DNA of 63,815 nt, filler included. It is 11 parts of 11 records of this genome, joined end to end, with 100 filler letters (N's around TTAATTAATTAA, not from the genome) between each part and the next. Parts side by side here need not be neighbours in the genome. Positions count along the whole stretch, not along the records: positions 44,022 to 52,741 come from SRR15195285_4421; positions 52,842 to 63,815 come from SRR15195285_4424; 9 more parts are not named here. One strand, 5' to 3'. This document shows, piece by piece, positions 47,941-61,500 of the stretch (position 1 is the stretch's first letter; each line of letters begins with the position of its first letter). A program made the translations under genes and the position numbers. Below the pieces are notes generated by a model. The model did not search any database. It was not told the origin of the DNA and saw nothing but the letters and a program-made list of their open reading frames with translations.

Positions 47941-50900
47941 TCAATCGTCAAAAAACCCACCAGCCTTGAAGTCTTTCGTCGACTTCGTATTGCCCTTGAA
48001 ACCTCTTGCGAAACGGCCTACCACAATCAGCACACAGTGGCAAATGGTAAGAACACGTGTCGGCTCGCCCCAAACCCAATCGAGAAAACGAACGACAAAC
48101 CCAAACAGACACGAAGGCGCAACATAACCAAATTCCAAGAAAAAACTCATTGCTAGCTGTCTTACCAAGCGCCTTCGCCTTTTCGCTCACCGCCGCCGCC
48201 GCTTCGCCAGCAGCGTCGGCAGCAGCTTGCGCTGCCGCTGCTGCAGCCTCGCCCGCATCCGCGGCTGTCATGTCACCAGACGCTGCCGCTCCTGCTGCCC
48301 CGGTTGCACGCTCGCCAACCATGCTGGCGGTTGATGTTACGAAACGCCCGAGCTTCTGCGCCCCTTCCATCGCCATTTCAGCTGATACAGGAGCCCCAGG
48401 GATGCCCTCTGGAATGCTGCCATCGGCAGCCGCGCCCCCTCCCGTTTCTCCATCAGTGGAAACGCGGGAAGCCGCAAGGACCCGCGGATGAGCTCGCGCG
48501 GACTCTGACACGTCTCTCCACTGCAGAAACACAATACACAGAGCGCAATCCATATCAAATGAAACCGAGCGCAGAAAAGAAACAGGATGATCAGCTCGTG
48601 CAGCTGATACACGGCAGTCGAAGAGGATCAGAGGGAGAAAGTGACCACATACCATTCTCTGCAGGCGTTGCGATTTTTCTGCTATCTCCGCCTCATCTAG
48701 CCCATCTCCTTCGCCACCGAACGTGAAGTAGCTGTACATTTCATCCAGATCACTGTCGACGGTGTCGCAGTCTTCAGCTGTCAGCGGAGTCTGCTGGCGG
48801 CCCAGAGCTCCTCTCCATGCAATGACGTGCTTGAGCATCACCTCCAATACCTTCTCTAGAATGTGTTCGATGACCACTTTTGTGTAACCCGGGGGGATTC
48901 GTGGCATTACGGCGTCTAGCGTCTGGTCCAAGCCATCTAGGCATGGCGCGATGTTGGAGTCCGTCGGGTACGGTACGTAGAGTGCATCGAACTCAGCGTG
49001 TAGCTTGATGCACACGATGTTGGCGCCGATGTGATTCGCAAGCATCATCCCGTGTTGTCTCAGGTGATCCTTAGTGCTGTCCATCACTGTGCCCAACGGT
49101 GCACCCGTGTAGTTCTGATTTTCTGCACCATCGACGATCATCTGCATCAACTGTTGGCATGCGTCCGACATGTACTGCACCGTACCAAATCGGACTGCGA
49201 GATTCACCAGGTCTGGCCCTGACCATTGGAACAGGTCTGCCTTCGCAGCTCCAGCAAGCTCGCCACCTGCCCCTACCTGGTTACCGTCCTCGTCTATCAT
49301 CCCCGCAGCAAGCAGGCGCGCCTGCTTTGCTGCCTCCATGGCTTTCCCTCCAATCATTCCACCGAATTTACCAGCGGCCGCCAAGCCTCCCTCGAGGCCC
49401 TGTCCCCGTACTGCTTCCCGACCCGCGTGAATATTCGCGATATCACCGCACTGCTGCACGCAAATTCGGCAGTAGGTTTGCAAAACCATCCCAAACTTCG
49501 TCGCCAGGTCCTTCATGACAGGCTCAGCTACAGGAAACTCTGCATCAAAATAACCCTTCGCAACCTGCACCAACATCGAGAAGATGTCAAGCGCCGACGC
49601 TGCCATGTATTGGTCGTCGCTGACCGGCTCCCATGATTCCTTGTCGATGGCAGTCCTCATTCTCTTCTGGAAAACCTCTGTCTTCTCATCTACCCACTTC
49701 GTCGCAGCACCAGACATAGCAGCATCCAGGTGGAGGACTTTTGCGCTTGCGGCATCGTGACCGCACGACTCCATTGCTTGTATGATTTTCAACTCCATTG
49801 CTCGCAGCTGTGCCCAAGTCTCCATAACGTCTGGGTCGTCGCTGTCAACGTCCTTAAAATGATGACTCAAGTCAACGTTCAGTAAATCTGCCATCTTCAC
49901 CCCGGCCACACCGGACGCCTGTGGGTGGTAGATACCGATATACGCCGCGTACTCAATGAGCTCGGCATCCATCTCCTCCTGTAGCTCTTCCACAAAGGTG
50001 GCGAATCGTTGCATCGGTGTTTCCTTCGTACCAGTCTCCTCTTCGCGCTCGTCGGAGATTGCTGCTGCGCGCTTACGCACAACCTCATAATTCTTCTCGA
50101 TTGACGAGTTGATGAAGCCCGCTAGCACAGCCTCCTCTCTCGCAAGCGTAGCGTCGCTGTCTTCAACGGCCGACGAAGCGGATGGACTACATTGTTGCAG
50201 CATCATGAATATTTCAACGAAGCTCCCGATATGCGACGAATCCTCGACTTGGTGATAATCCATGAGCTTATCGCCGCAAAACTTCTGTACCAGCTCATAC
50301 TGATCGTGGACCACCCGAAGCTCAGATGCTTCACCAAGCTTTGATTTTGCAAGCTTTGATCGCACCGTGCTCTCTAGCAGCTCCAGTTGCATTGGATCCT
50401 TGGCGAGCTTGTACTGCTCGACCACTGCGACAGCGAAGCACACGTCGTGCATGCCCGGCAAGTAGCCGAGACGAGCACTCATTTTTTGCAGCAGAGCATA
50501 AGTCTGCTCGGCATCCATGTCGACATCGCCTCCGTACTCCGGGTCCTCAAAGCAGGTCTTGAGGAGCGCACGTTCGTACAGCACGGACGAGACAGACAAC
50601 GGGTACCACTGCATGTACTCTTCGCCGTCCGTCGATGCGTTTCGACCTTCGTCGTAGGCTTCTTCCACGAGCCGAGCAATCCGGTCCATGCGCTCCTGGT
50701 AGTCCATTTCATCTGCCTCGATCCAGACTTCACCATCTTTTCCGGTCTCATGCTCCAGCATCTTTTTGAACTGATTCGTGATCTTCTTCTGCACCGCCTC
50801 TAGCTTGGTGTCGTAATTTGGACGCCATGCGCGGTAACAGTCAATCGCGTGAGCCATGCCTGATGCGAAGATCACCACCTGACGCTGACGCCACTTTAAA

Positions 50901-52600
50901 AATGCCTCCGGAGATTCGAAATGCTCATAATTGTGGTCCTGTAGCATGCGGAAGCGATGCTGTAGCATTCTCGCGGCCTCGTTGCCCTCGTCCTCTTCGT
51001 CGAATTGCTCCGCGGCCTCCTGCTTCGCTGACAGTGCTTCCCATATCTGCTTGATCCACTCTCGCACCTCCTCGTCACAGTCTGCTTTGAGGTAGTGCTG
51101 TACACCTCCCTGGCACTCGATCAGCATTGTGTCCGTCGACGCTGTGACAGGATGTGGCTCAGAGCGGCATCCAGTGCACTGTTGCAAGTCTATCGTCCCC
51201 TGCGGCTTGCCGGACGTGCTGCTGCTGACTTTGAAGTACTCCAACGTCAATCCAGATAGACGAAACATCCAACGCTTGCCCTGCCCCTTCTTGTTTAGTA
51301 GCTCCAGCGTGCCCTCCCGAGCTGTGGAGCTGCCACGCAAATCCACGGCACCTCCGCCCTCCGCTCCTTCCTCGTCTGGTGATATGTCAAGCATGATCTG
51401 AGAAATCTCGGCGAGCTTCCGTCGGGTGATCCCGAGCTTGGAGCGGACGGTCTCTAGAATGCCACGCTCTTTCGGGCTTAGCAATGAGGACGAGGTTCCC
51501 ACAGTCAAAAAAATTAGCTCGTACGTCGCGAGGTCGAGCTGATCGTCATCCAGCAACCACCTTCCTGCCTCCTGGCCTTCCTCCTGGAACAGCAGTCGCG
51601 GCTTGCGGCGCACGGTCTCTGGCAGTGGTGACCTGTGCAGGTTTATCCACTCCTCCGGAGCTTCGAGCGTCGAGTCATCGAACTCCTCATGTGCCTCCTC
51701 CACAGCAGCTACCGCGCTCTTTACCTCTTCGGATGAGGCCTTCTTCGCATTGGCGAATGCGGCATTTTTCTGCCTGTCGATTAGCATGTCGAACTCGTTG
51801 GATTCCATAAATCCCGGAATTCCGAGCAGACAGATGAAATACCGGCTCAGGTCCTGGCGACGATTTTCGACAAACTTGCCACCCTTTTTCGCCACGTTCG
51901 CCACGGCGTGTTTGCCCGGAAATTTCGGCGAGCCCGCTCCGTGGGCAGGCACCACAAACTCCGTGTGCCACTTCTGCAGGCCACTGTAGCGCTGCTTGAA
52001 GCCCCACTCACCGTCGGCCCGCCTGATGCGGAACATGAAGGCGGTGTACTCCTCGCCAGCCTCCTTATCCACAATCTGCTCCGGCCACACCTGCAGCACT
52101 GTTTTGGACAGGTTTTTCGCCCAGACTTCGCCTCGGTTCACCGCTTCGATCACGAGCGCGAGCTGCTGTGTCCACTTGGCGGTGTCGTCCTCGGACGTCC
52201 CGCCCGTGTCGACGAAGAACGTCTCGATCGCCTTACCCATTGCCAGGGGGATCAGATTGAACTGGTCCTTTCGCGCGCTCGGGCTGCCCGGGGTGTCTAC
52301 ATACACATTCCGCAGCGAGTAGATCGCCTTGGGCTTGGCCTTCCCCGCCAACTCCGGCTTGGCGTAGCCAAAGAAGTCGCCGTTCTCGTACAGCACCCAG
52401 CTGAGCAACACACACCTCCCGTGTTAGCCACGCCACGCCGCGCCCAAGCAAAAACACACCACCCGCAATTACCCACGCCGCCGCAAGCAAATGCGGAGCA
52501 CGCCGCGGACGCACTAGAGCCGGTTCTTGCCCTCGCCCTTCTTGCCCTCCTTCCACGGCTTCCCCATGTACACAAAGCCCTTCATCACCATCGCCGCCAT
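47941..52600 (-). CDS. PH-PX-PH-MUN (Munc13/DUF810-like) tethering protein; at least 4 exons
   Basis: Introns 52401-52514, 48521-48652 (in frame) and 48018-48165. PH (KNRLYWVLY..KWTQQL), PX (QRYSGL..FPGKH..RRQDLSRYF), second PH (EGTLEL..EWIKQI), and MUN/MHD-like AIDKESWEPV..SALDIF. Confidence 0.75.
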
Positions 52601-52741
52601 CCTGCACACACACACCCTCCAAAAACCTCTCCTTTGTCGCCCCTCCTCTTCCGCACAACGCAGCGGTGTCACGCCACACACGGTATGTACGCGTGCCTAT
52701 CTCGTAGCTGTGCTCTCCCCCCCCCCCCCCCCCCCCCCCCC

Positions 52742-52841
52742 NNNNNNNNNNNNNNNNNNNNNNNNNNNNNNNNNNNNNNNNNNNNTTAATTAATTAANNN
52801 NNNNNNNNNNNNNNNNNNNNNNNNNNNNNNNNNNNNNNNNN
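52742..52841. other. Synthetic contig linker
   Basis: Same 100-nt linker; preceded by poly-C. Confidence 0.98.
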
Positions 52842-52880
52842 TCTCTGGGAGTTTCGTGTTGCTAGCAATTCAAATGATTA

Positions 52881-53814
52881 TCATGATTGCATTCGCCACC
52901 ACCACGGGTGTCCTGTGCGGGTGGCTGCCTGGGGTTCTCCTGCCTTTTGCAATCCAGTCAAATGCAATCCAGTTGGATTGACAAGTTGTCCATCAACTGC
53001 TAAGCTGTCACGATCAGATCCGTGATCGTGCATCGGAACCGAGCTCGCCGCGGTGTCAATGTAGTCGATTGTCTCCCAACCAGTGACCATCTCAACCATT
53101 GGCCTGGGAACGTAGCGCGCCGCGGCTTCCACAGGTACAGTGACGACTTGCCACTGCACTAGGAGAAATGCGAGCACGCTCATCACTGCGACAAAAGTAA
53201 TGACTCCAAGCGACATGCAGCGAATCGAAAGTCGCTCCGTCGACTGCGTCTGCACAGCTCGGCGCATAGTCATGCGCGCATGAAAAAACTGCTTAGGTCT
53301 ACCGCTCATGCAAAGCAGTGTATGATCTGATGCAATCAAGGCGCACGATTGTGTTGCCAGTGTGGAGCACCTCTCGAATTGTCGATTTTGTCCGTAGCAG
53401 GTTGCTTACAATGCTGTCCCCCTTTTCCATAATGCTGTCCACTTTGTCGAGAGCAGTCGGCGACCGCTTCTCGCTGCTGCCGGCCGTAGAAGCAGGCGAT
53501 GAAGGTCGGAGCTCTACACGTGCAGGCGATGATTCTGCCCCGACGTAGTCGCCATCATTGCTGCTATCACTGCAGCCGACAGCTCGTGGAGACGGCGGAG
53601 GCGAATGCGATGACGATCTTGCTCGCCGACGATATCGCTGCTGTCGCTCCTCTTCTTCGTCAACGTCATGCTGGTATTGCTGGTGCTGCTGTTGGTGGTG
53701 GTAGTGCTGCTGCTGCCCCTCTGTTGCCACCTTCGCTTTGGCCACCAGCTGGTCAAGTAGCTGCGATATTCGATCGTCTTCGAGGGCGCCTAGCATATCC
53801 ACCGAGGCAGTCAT
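52881..53814 (-). CDS. Hypothetical protein with a low-complexity region and one TM helix (probably spliced)
   Basis: Overlapping 171-aa and 152-aa ORFs; hydrophobic LGVITFVAVMSVLAFLLV. Exon structure unresolved. Confidence 0.4.
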
Positions 53815-55434
53815 TCAGGATAGACACAGCTACGCTATAGCGTTGCAAGGCTCTTGGAGAGCTTTGAACGAACGGATGGCATTTGGATTTTTACCGACAA
53901 GCGTGTCGACAAGGCGTTGTGCAGAGCTGACGAGTTGGTGCAGCTGAGCAAGTGCAGTCGGGGCTCCGCCACGGGCTCTCTTCCACTGTTGGTCACACGC
54001 GCGCGCGCACATAGAGCTAGTGCGCTCAGGCTGGTGATCTCTGCGCACATCAAGCAAGTTAGAATGCGCTCACGTGTTCTAGCTCCTCCGCCCACTGTGC
54101 CGGCGACGGGCAGTACCCTGCCGACTTCAGGATCCGCCCTTCCTGCAATCGCGTGATGATCTCGCGCACGAGCACCGTCGTGGCATGCACCTGTGCGACA
54201 AAGCCGCTCGGCGTCGCCAGCGTGTTCCCGGCCCGATGCTCAGCTGCCCGTCGCCGCCAGTGTATGACGTGGGCGACGAACGCTCCGACGAGGGCACACC
54301 AAAACGCCCCCCACGTACGTCCTCGCACCAGCTGCATGGCTCACCCTGTATCACCCGGTGGATGGCGGTGAGTGCCAGACTGTCTACTACCGTGCGTGCC
54401 CTTGCCGCAGCAGCACGCTCAGCCCCGCAACGCTGTAGGACAAAAGGTTCACGAATATGACTGCTGAGCTCCAGTCACAGTGCCAGTCTCGTCTCGATAA
54501 GCCACCTACCATCCCCGTGGGTCTCAATCACATAATCCAGCGACATTGCGGTGTACGCACGTATGCAGCCCGTGCTGTAGACGGCGCTTGGCTGTTTGGT
54601 CCGTTTATTTTGGCGCCCGACAGGCGCCAGACCAAACTGATCGTGCTGCGCGAGCGAAGGCCGTGCGGTGCCCCTCCGTCAGCTGAGCTCCCGCGGGGGC
54701 CTGCGCCTGTACAGCCAGCGCTGCACGCAGTCACGGCGGGAACTGCAGCGCTGGCTGCACTGCGCGCGCGCAAGCACTCGCTGGCAGGGACAGCGAGGCG
54801 GGCCCACGCAACGCGAGGGAAGATCAACGAAGCACGGGTTACGTAGCACGCGCGATTGGGTGCATCAACGAACGCCCCGCGTCGACGGTGCCGCTTGCGC
54901 GGCCACGCAGCGCAGCCAGCCGGCCGCCTCGTCTTAGGATGAATTTTCGTTTGAATAGATATTCATTATTCAACCGCAGGCAGCGTAGGTCCTACATCTA
55001 CCCGGTCAATCGAGTACTACGGTTCGGTTGTTGCCTCGTCAGGTTAATGGAGGTTAGAGGTTTGGTTGAAAAACATCGTGAAATTGCCATCCATTCAAGA
55101 TTCATTGCTATCCCTGCCGGGGACTGATCACATTCGCAAAAACACGACGTTTCTAATCCGTAATCGCTTATCGATAATTACGATACGATTGCATAGAGTA
55201 TCCCAGTATCCGCGGCGGTGCATGCTTGATGCTATGGCTCGAACGGCGCTGGCGGACCCGCGGGCCGCGGCCGCGCAGCGCAGGGGACCGGGCATTATTG
55301 TGGGCATTGTGGCACCCTTGGCCAACAGTGACGCGCAGCGCTGAAGCGCTGAGGGCCTTTCACTGCTGAGTGCTGTTTGGTTGGCGCTGCCTTGGCCAGG
55401 GACGGACCCCGGGGGCTGGGCGGGCGGCCGATTG

Positions 55435-58417
55435 ATGGTGGCGATGCGACAGCTGGCGCGGCAGCGGCTGGGAGCCATCCACAGCGCCTTGCTGGGCGGC
55501 GGCGGCGACGCGCTGGGGAGGTACTCGCTGGCGGAGGTGGCTATGCACAGCGACGCGGAGAGCTGCTGGGTGGTGGTGGAGGGCGAGGTGTACGATGTGA
55601 CGGACTTTCTGGAGGAGCACCCCGGCGGGAAGGCGCTGCTGCTCTCGGCGGCGGGGACGGACGCGACCACGACGTTCAACGGCATCCACCCGGACCTGGG
55701 GGCTGCATTGCGGGAGGGAGAAGCGTTCAAGATCGGCGTCGTCGTCAGCGAGGAAGAGGCGCCGCCTCCCGCGGCGGCGGCGGCAGCGGTCGAGGCCCCA
55801 CCGAGCGACCCAGCGGCGGCGGGTATCGATGGCGAGGTCCATTTTCACCTGCCGGACTCGATCAAGGACATGACACCGGAGCAGCTTGCTTCCCTGACAG
55901 CAGGAGCCGCCTCCGCGGCAGCGGCGCCCCCCACGGCCTCGGCAGACGCCGCGCCAAATGCTGCAGTGACCGACGGGATCGCGACAGACACTGAGGGCCT
56001 AGTCGGCTCGGAGACCCCGTCGTGGAACAGTGGCGGCACCGCCGGCGCGCTGCCGGCCGAGCGCGCACTGGCGTCCTTCGACGTCGAGAAGATGATCAAT
56101 ATTCTGGACGGAGGAGAGGAGGAGACGAAGAAGCGCCGATGGATCATCGGTGCGGGAGACATCGTCGCGTCGTCCGAGCTCTTCGGGGCAGCAAAGTACG
56201 ACCTGCCAAGAGACGGCCCGGACGGCGCTATTGCGTCGGCTTTTGAGCACTTCATGCGCGTGCATGGTCCTTGGCTCGAGCAAATGTATGTACCGACTGG
56301 CAACGAGACGATGTACATGAGCATGGGAAATATGATGGGTGGCTGTACGTCGCGCGTGCTGCCTTGTGTACAGTGGCGTGTGATAGCACACCAGTCTGGC
56401 GTGCAGCGGTCTCTAACTCGTTGCTTCGCCTTGATGCCAGACCCGGGCTTCGGACTTTTCATGCTCACCATGCTGGGCCAGACGTCCGACGAGCAGAAAA
56501 GCTGGTGGATGGAAGCTGCGTATTCCATGAGCATCACAGGTGCCTACGCGCAGACAGAGCTCGGGCACGGGTCTAACGTTCGCGGCCTCCAGACCACAGC
56601 TACGTACGACAAGGCAACCGAGGAGTGGGTGCTTTCTACTCCAACGTTGGCCGCGATGAAATGGTGGCCCTCGAACCTTGTCATGGCGACACACTGCGTC
56701 CTGTACGCACAGATGATCATCGACGGGGTGGAGCATGGCGTCCATGTCTTCATGCTGCAGCTACGAGATGAAGAGCTTCAGCCACTTCCTGGGATTGAAG
56801 TCGGAGATATCGGTGCGACTGATCTGCTGCTGCAGCTGCCGCTTGTCTCTGCCATTGTCCACTGCGCTCAGTTCTCGTCGTCTGCGCGTCTCTACAGGTA
56901 CTAAAGTTGGAGACAATAACGTTGACATTGGCTACCTCCGTCTCAACGACGTCCGCATTCCGCGTCGCCATTTGATGGAGAAGCGTCAGCACGTCGAGCC
57001 GGACGGCACATATGTCAAGCACGGCAAGCCGAATGCATCTGCGGCATCACAGCGGGGGCATTACCTCACGATGATGTCGGCCCGTATTGCACTCGTCGGA
57101 GGCGCAGCTGGTGCGCTTGGACGAGCTTCGACCATTGCGATACGATACAGCCTTGTGCGTCGCCAGGGGTTCAAAGCCACTGATGATAGCTCCCGAGGCT
57201 TTCGCGGGGAAGAGAACCAAATCATTGACTACCGAATGAACCAGTACACCCTGTTGAAGAATCTATCCATGGCATACGCTGAGAGGTTTACTTCGAACTG
57301 GATCCAAGCGCAGCTCGACGGGCTCACCTCTGGCGGTGATGGGCTTGGCGACACAATCATGGAGCTGCATGCTGTTTCTGCTGGGCTGAAAGGCTACTGC
57401 TGCAACGCAACGGCAGTCGGCATCGAAGAGCTTCGCAAGTGCTGCGGAGGTGCTGGCTATCTCATCGCCTCCGGTATTGCACAATTGGAGGCGGACTTTA
57501 AATGGCGCGCCACTGCCGAGGGTGACACATCGGTTATGCTGCTGCAGACCGCGCGGTACCTACTCAAGTGCTGCGAGGACGCCAAAGCTGGTATGACACT
57601 CCCTGGCCTGACCGCTTGCTTCGAGCCAATGGGTGACGATGACTTTGATCCACTGTCGATGCGGCCAACTGATGTGACGTCCGCGGACAAGTTCTTCGAT
57701 CTCGACTTCTTGTTATCACTGTTCGAGTACAGAACAGTGAGCGCTGTTGCCAGCTTGAACCGCAACCTGCAGCAGCGTCTCGCGGCGGGCGAGGTCTTCG
57801 AAGATGCGTGGAGTGCTCTGACCCTCAAGGCGTGTAAAACCGGGCAGTCTCACATTCTCTACTTCATGCTGGCCAAATTTATCGAAACGGCACGAGATGA
57901 CCAGTTTTCGGATGCCGGATCGCCAGAGCGAGCGGTCCTAGCACGACTCGCAGCGATGTTCGCGCTCGCTGACTTACAGGACGGCCAGCAGTGGGCCGGC
58001 TTGCTGAGCCTCGACGAGATGGAGCTGGCGGAGGAGGCCTGCGGTGAACTCATGGCTGCAATCCGTCCAGACTCGTGCGCCCTAGTTGACGCCTGGGACT
58101 TCCCAGACCGTGTTCTGAACTCAACGATCGGCCGCTACGATGGGAACGTGTACGAGGCCCAGTACGAAGCCGCCGCTGCCTCGCCTCTGAACCAGACGAA
58201 ATTACCGCAGTTCATGAACAAGGTCGAACCTTTCCTTGACAAAGAGATCCTGGCGCTGCGAAACAGACTCTGCCCGGATGCAATTGAATTTGCGGACGAA
58301 TGGTCATACTCGGACGACGAGGATGACAGCGATGATGATGACTGGGACGACGACTGGGACGGCGATGCGGACGACTCGGACGACAGCGATGATGACGACG
58401 AACGGGCTCGGCTGTAG
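55435..58417 (+). CDS. Cytochrome b5 - peroxisomal acyl-CoA oxidase fusion; 3 exons
   Basis: b5: YDVTDFLEEHPGG and a second His in FNGIH. ACOX: GAYAQTELGHGSNVRGLQTTATYD, KWWP, IEVGDIGTK, IRYSLVRRQ, LRKCCGG, AEGD, IGRYDGNVYE. Introns 56345-56440 and 56813-56897. C-terminal PTS1 ARL. Confidence 0.93.
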
Positions 58418-58489
58418 AGACGGTGGCCAAAACTAGACTAAGAATCAATACACGTCCATCCTTTGTTGTCTGGCGCCAAGCGCATATTA

Positions 58490-59068
58490 TCACGCAGCTA
58501 GGCACGCGCGCGCTTCGTCTTCGAAACGGTAGCGTGGGGCGGCTTCGAAGTCTTCAAGCGCGAGCTCCGGGAGCTCCGACCGGATGCCAGGTGTCGGAAG
58601 CCTCCCGAGCGGAGTAAGCGTGCAGCGCGGAGAAACTGGGAGCAGTGTTCCGTCACGACATGTAGCCGGAGACGCCTCAGCAATCAGCAGGTCGAATTGC
58701 TGGAGTGGCTTCTGCGGTTGGGCTGCCATGAGGCGCGCGCGCACGCGACGCGTAACCAGCTCCTTCGGATCGCTCCAGCGCTTGAAAGACGTGGCCGCCG
58801 GCTCGAGGGCTAGCTCCGGTGACACCTCGCTGCTGACGTCGCTGAATTGCTGTATCTGGCAGCAGAGTTCTGCGCTGAGCCGATTGATGCGCTGCTGTAG
58901 CCGCCTGGCTGCCGCCTCCGACGCTGCGTCTTTGCTGGCCACCTCCGGCGTGGGCAGGTTGATCCCGCAGCCGGGGCTGATCATCTCATTCAGCTGGTGC
59001 TGTGCAGAGCTCAAGATCGTCGGTGGCGGCGATCGGAACGCGTCGCACGGGGCCAGCTCGATTGCCAT
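58490..59068 (-). CDS. Hypothetical protein
   Basis: Open frame of ~190 aa from MAIELAP; no recognisable domain. Confidence 0.3.
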   Translation of the reverse strand: MAIELAPCDAFRSPPPTILSSAQHQLNEMISPGCGINLPTPEVASKDAASEAAARRLQQRINRLSAELCCQIQQFSDVSSEVSPELALEPAATSFKRWSDPKELVTRRVRARLMAAQPQKPLQQFDLLIAEASPATCRDGTLLPVSPRCTLTPLGRLPTPGIRSELPELALEDFEAAPRYRFEDEARACLAA

Positions 59069-59802
59069 CGCCCTCTGCTGCCTGGTCGATCGCGGGAGCT
59101 GCTGATGCGGTAGCGGTGGTAATGTGGGTAGCTGCTGATGTGGTAGGTGGTGGTGGCCCAACTGATGTCCTGTGCGCCGAGAGAGCTCGCTGGCCACAAC
59201 GCACAAGCAAAACTTGGCTGCCAGTGCACCGCTACCGCTTGCCGCGCGCGGTGCGTCGAATATACAGTAGTCAGTACCGGTACGCTTGTATTATGTATAT
59301 TGTAGGACTCGCGACTCCCGCCAGCACAGGGAGCGTGATTCAGTGTAATCTACCGGCTCTGAAATTTAGGGTTGGAGGCGAATTCCCGTTCACGGTTCAG
59401 CGCGGATCATGAATCCGCATCGATCAGCCAGTGTGGGTCATATACTACAGTATTCATATACTATTCATAGTATAGTACGCCATCACGCCCCTTCTGCACA
59501 TGCGAAGATTCTGGACAGTGTTTTCGGCTGGAACAGAGGAACACACACGAACGCTGAGGCGAACAGCACTCACGCGGCGGTGTAAGCGGCCAGTGCTCCA
59601 TGGTCAGTCGCTTGGTCTGCTCGTGAGTCTCAGTCTGACCGGCGTCTGCATGACCGACTATCAAATGATGGTGCGCCGAGGACGAAGGACGGAAGGAGCC
59701 AACGTTGCGCAACGCAGCACACGAGCTTGGAGCTGGCGGCGAGGGTGGGAGTACGCGAGTGCCGGGCGCAACGAAGGGGCACCCTTCTCTGTTGACAGAG
59801 AG

Positions 59803-61422
59803 ATGGATGGCCCACAGCAGCCCAGGCGGCTGCAGCGGCTGCAGCACCACCTCGCTGGCAGTGGCACCTCTCGCCCGACGATCCATCGACCGGGTTGCAC
59901 TCGCTCGCCCACCAGTGGATCGCGTGTGGAGCTCCAGGCCGCAGCGAGCACGCAGCGCTCTCGCAATAATGAGGCTGCTCTGCAGGCTGGGGCACCTCGA
60001 GGGGTGCCGTTTGCACAGTACCTACCTGTTTGCAGAATCGTTATGTTACCTTCTCTCCAGCACTGATCAATTTTGCAGCGAGATTTTGTAGTGCGGTTCG
60101 ATGGTCAAGGTTTATTGTTGACCGGAGCAGGTACGGCGAGCTGCTGGAGACGCTGCGAGCGCGTGGACACGAGCTGCGGGAGATGGGGCGCGCGCTCGAC
60201 GGCTCTCCGTTGGTTGTGGTGAAGTGTGGCGGCGAGAAACTTCCGGCTGTCTTCGTATCGGCAGGATCCCACAGCACGGAGCAGGCGGGGGTCGTCGCGT
60301 GTGTGGAACTGTGCGATGAAATCGTCTCGGACCACTCAGTTTACATTCTCCCATGTCGCGACCCAATGGGCCTCAGCGGCTTCCGCCACGTTCTTGAACT
60401 CGGACTGGGCGCCAATCCTAACTCAAAGGCCGTGCACACCCTGGAGAGTACTGCCGATGCCTCCACGTTTCTGCGTGAGCACGCCACTGTGCTTCACGAT
60501 CGCAACGGACGTCTCGTCGCAACACTCGGTGACCACTACGCATACTCCACCTACGACGCATCTGAGGACCCCGAGTTTGAGTACGACGAGCGCCACCCGT
60601 CATCGAACGAGTCGGGAATGATATCTACGGGAGACTTGTCCCATCTCCACGGCGCCTTACGCGATAGACGGATCTGGTGGCCGTCTAACTTTTCGAATGT
60701 GGAGTGTGCTGCACCCTTGGAGCGTGCCTACACACAGTTTGGGCCGAACAGCTCCAGTCCGACTGAAATGTTGCATATCAACCGCTACCATGATACTTGC
60801 TGGGCGCCTGGTATTGCGCTCTCACTTTCTCTGCGCCTGACTGTGTTCTGATCCTGTCGTGGTCATCACTCACGCACACATTTGTGCGTGCACTGTTGCA
60901 GAGGAAGTACAGGCGGCGCGCGATGTCATGGCCGAAATTTCCCCACGGTTAACAGTGGACTTGCACGAGCATGAGGGAGACGATTTCTGGATGTCTGCCC
61001 GCCACCAAGTCCATAGCTACCGACCTACCGCAACCCGCAAAGAGGTCTTCTCAGCCGGCAGATGCATAAGCATCGACCAAGAGGATGAGGAGTGGGAAGA
61101 GACAATGGCGAGCGCCGTGAGCACAGCTGTGGCGGCCAGTGGCACGCCACTGCACAAGCCAGGTCGGAAGAAGAATAATTCCTCTGAGAAGGAGTTCTTT
61201 TTTGACCTCGGGCCGGGCGTGTTCTGGCTGGATTCGGGTGAGCGCGGAGAGGGCCTAAACCTTGCGGACTATGGTGCAGACCAGTACGGCAACGCATTTT
61301 CTGTCGAAACAGGTATGTTCCTGCCGTTTTCGGCGAGGGTCGAGACAGCGAAGCTCACTGTCCAGACCCTGTTGAAAGTGTTCGAAGAGCGCTATCGGGG
61401 AGCTGAACGTGGTTCCGTTTGA
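59803..61422 (+). CDS. M14-like zinc carboxypeptidase/deacylase with a PTS2 leader; 3 exons
   Basis: Introns 60018-60130 and 60811-60901. Zinc motif SAGSHSTE (HxxE), ILPCRDPMG, HINRY, DLHE, FSVET. N-terminal RLQRLQHHL. Confidence 0.8.
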
Positions 61423-61500
61423 GTGTGGCAGAGCTCATGCGAACGACTAGCAAAGCTCCATGCAGCAGTATAAACCAAGGCAGAATTGTTTTCAGTACTG

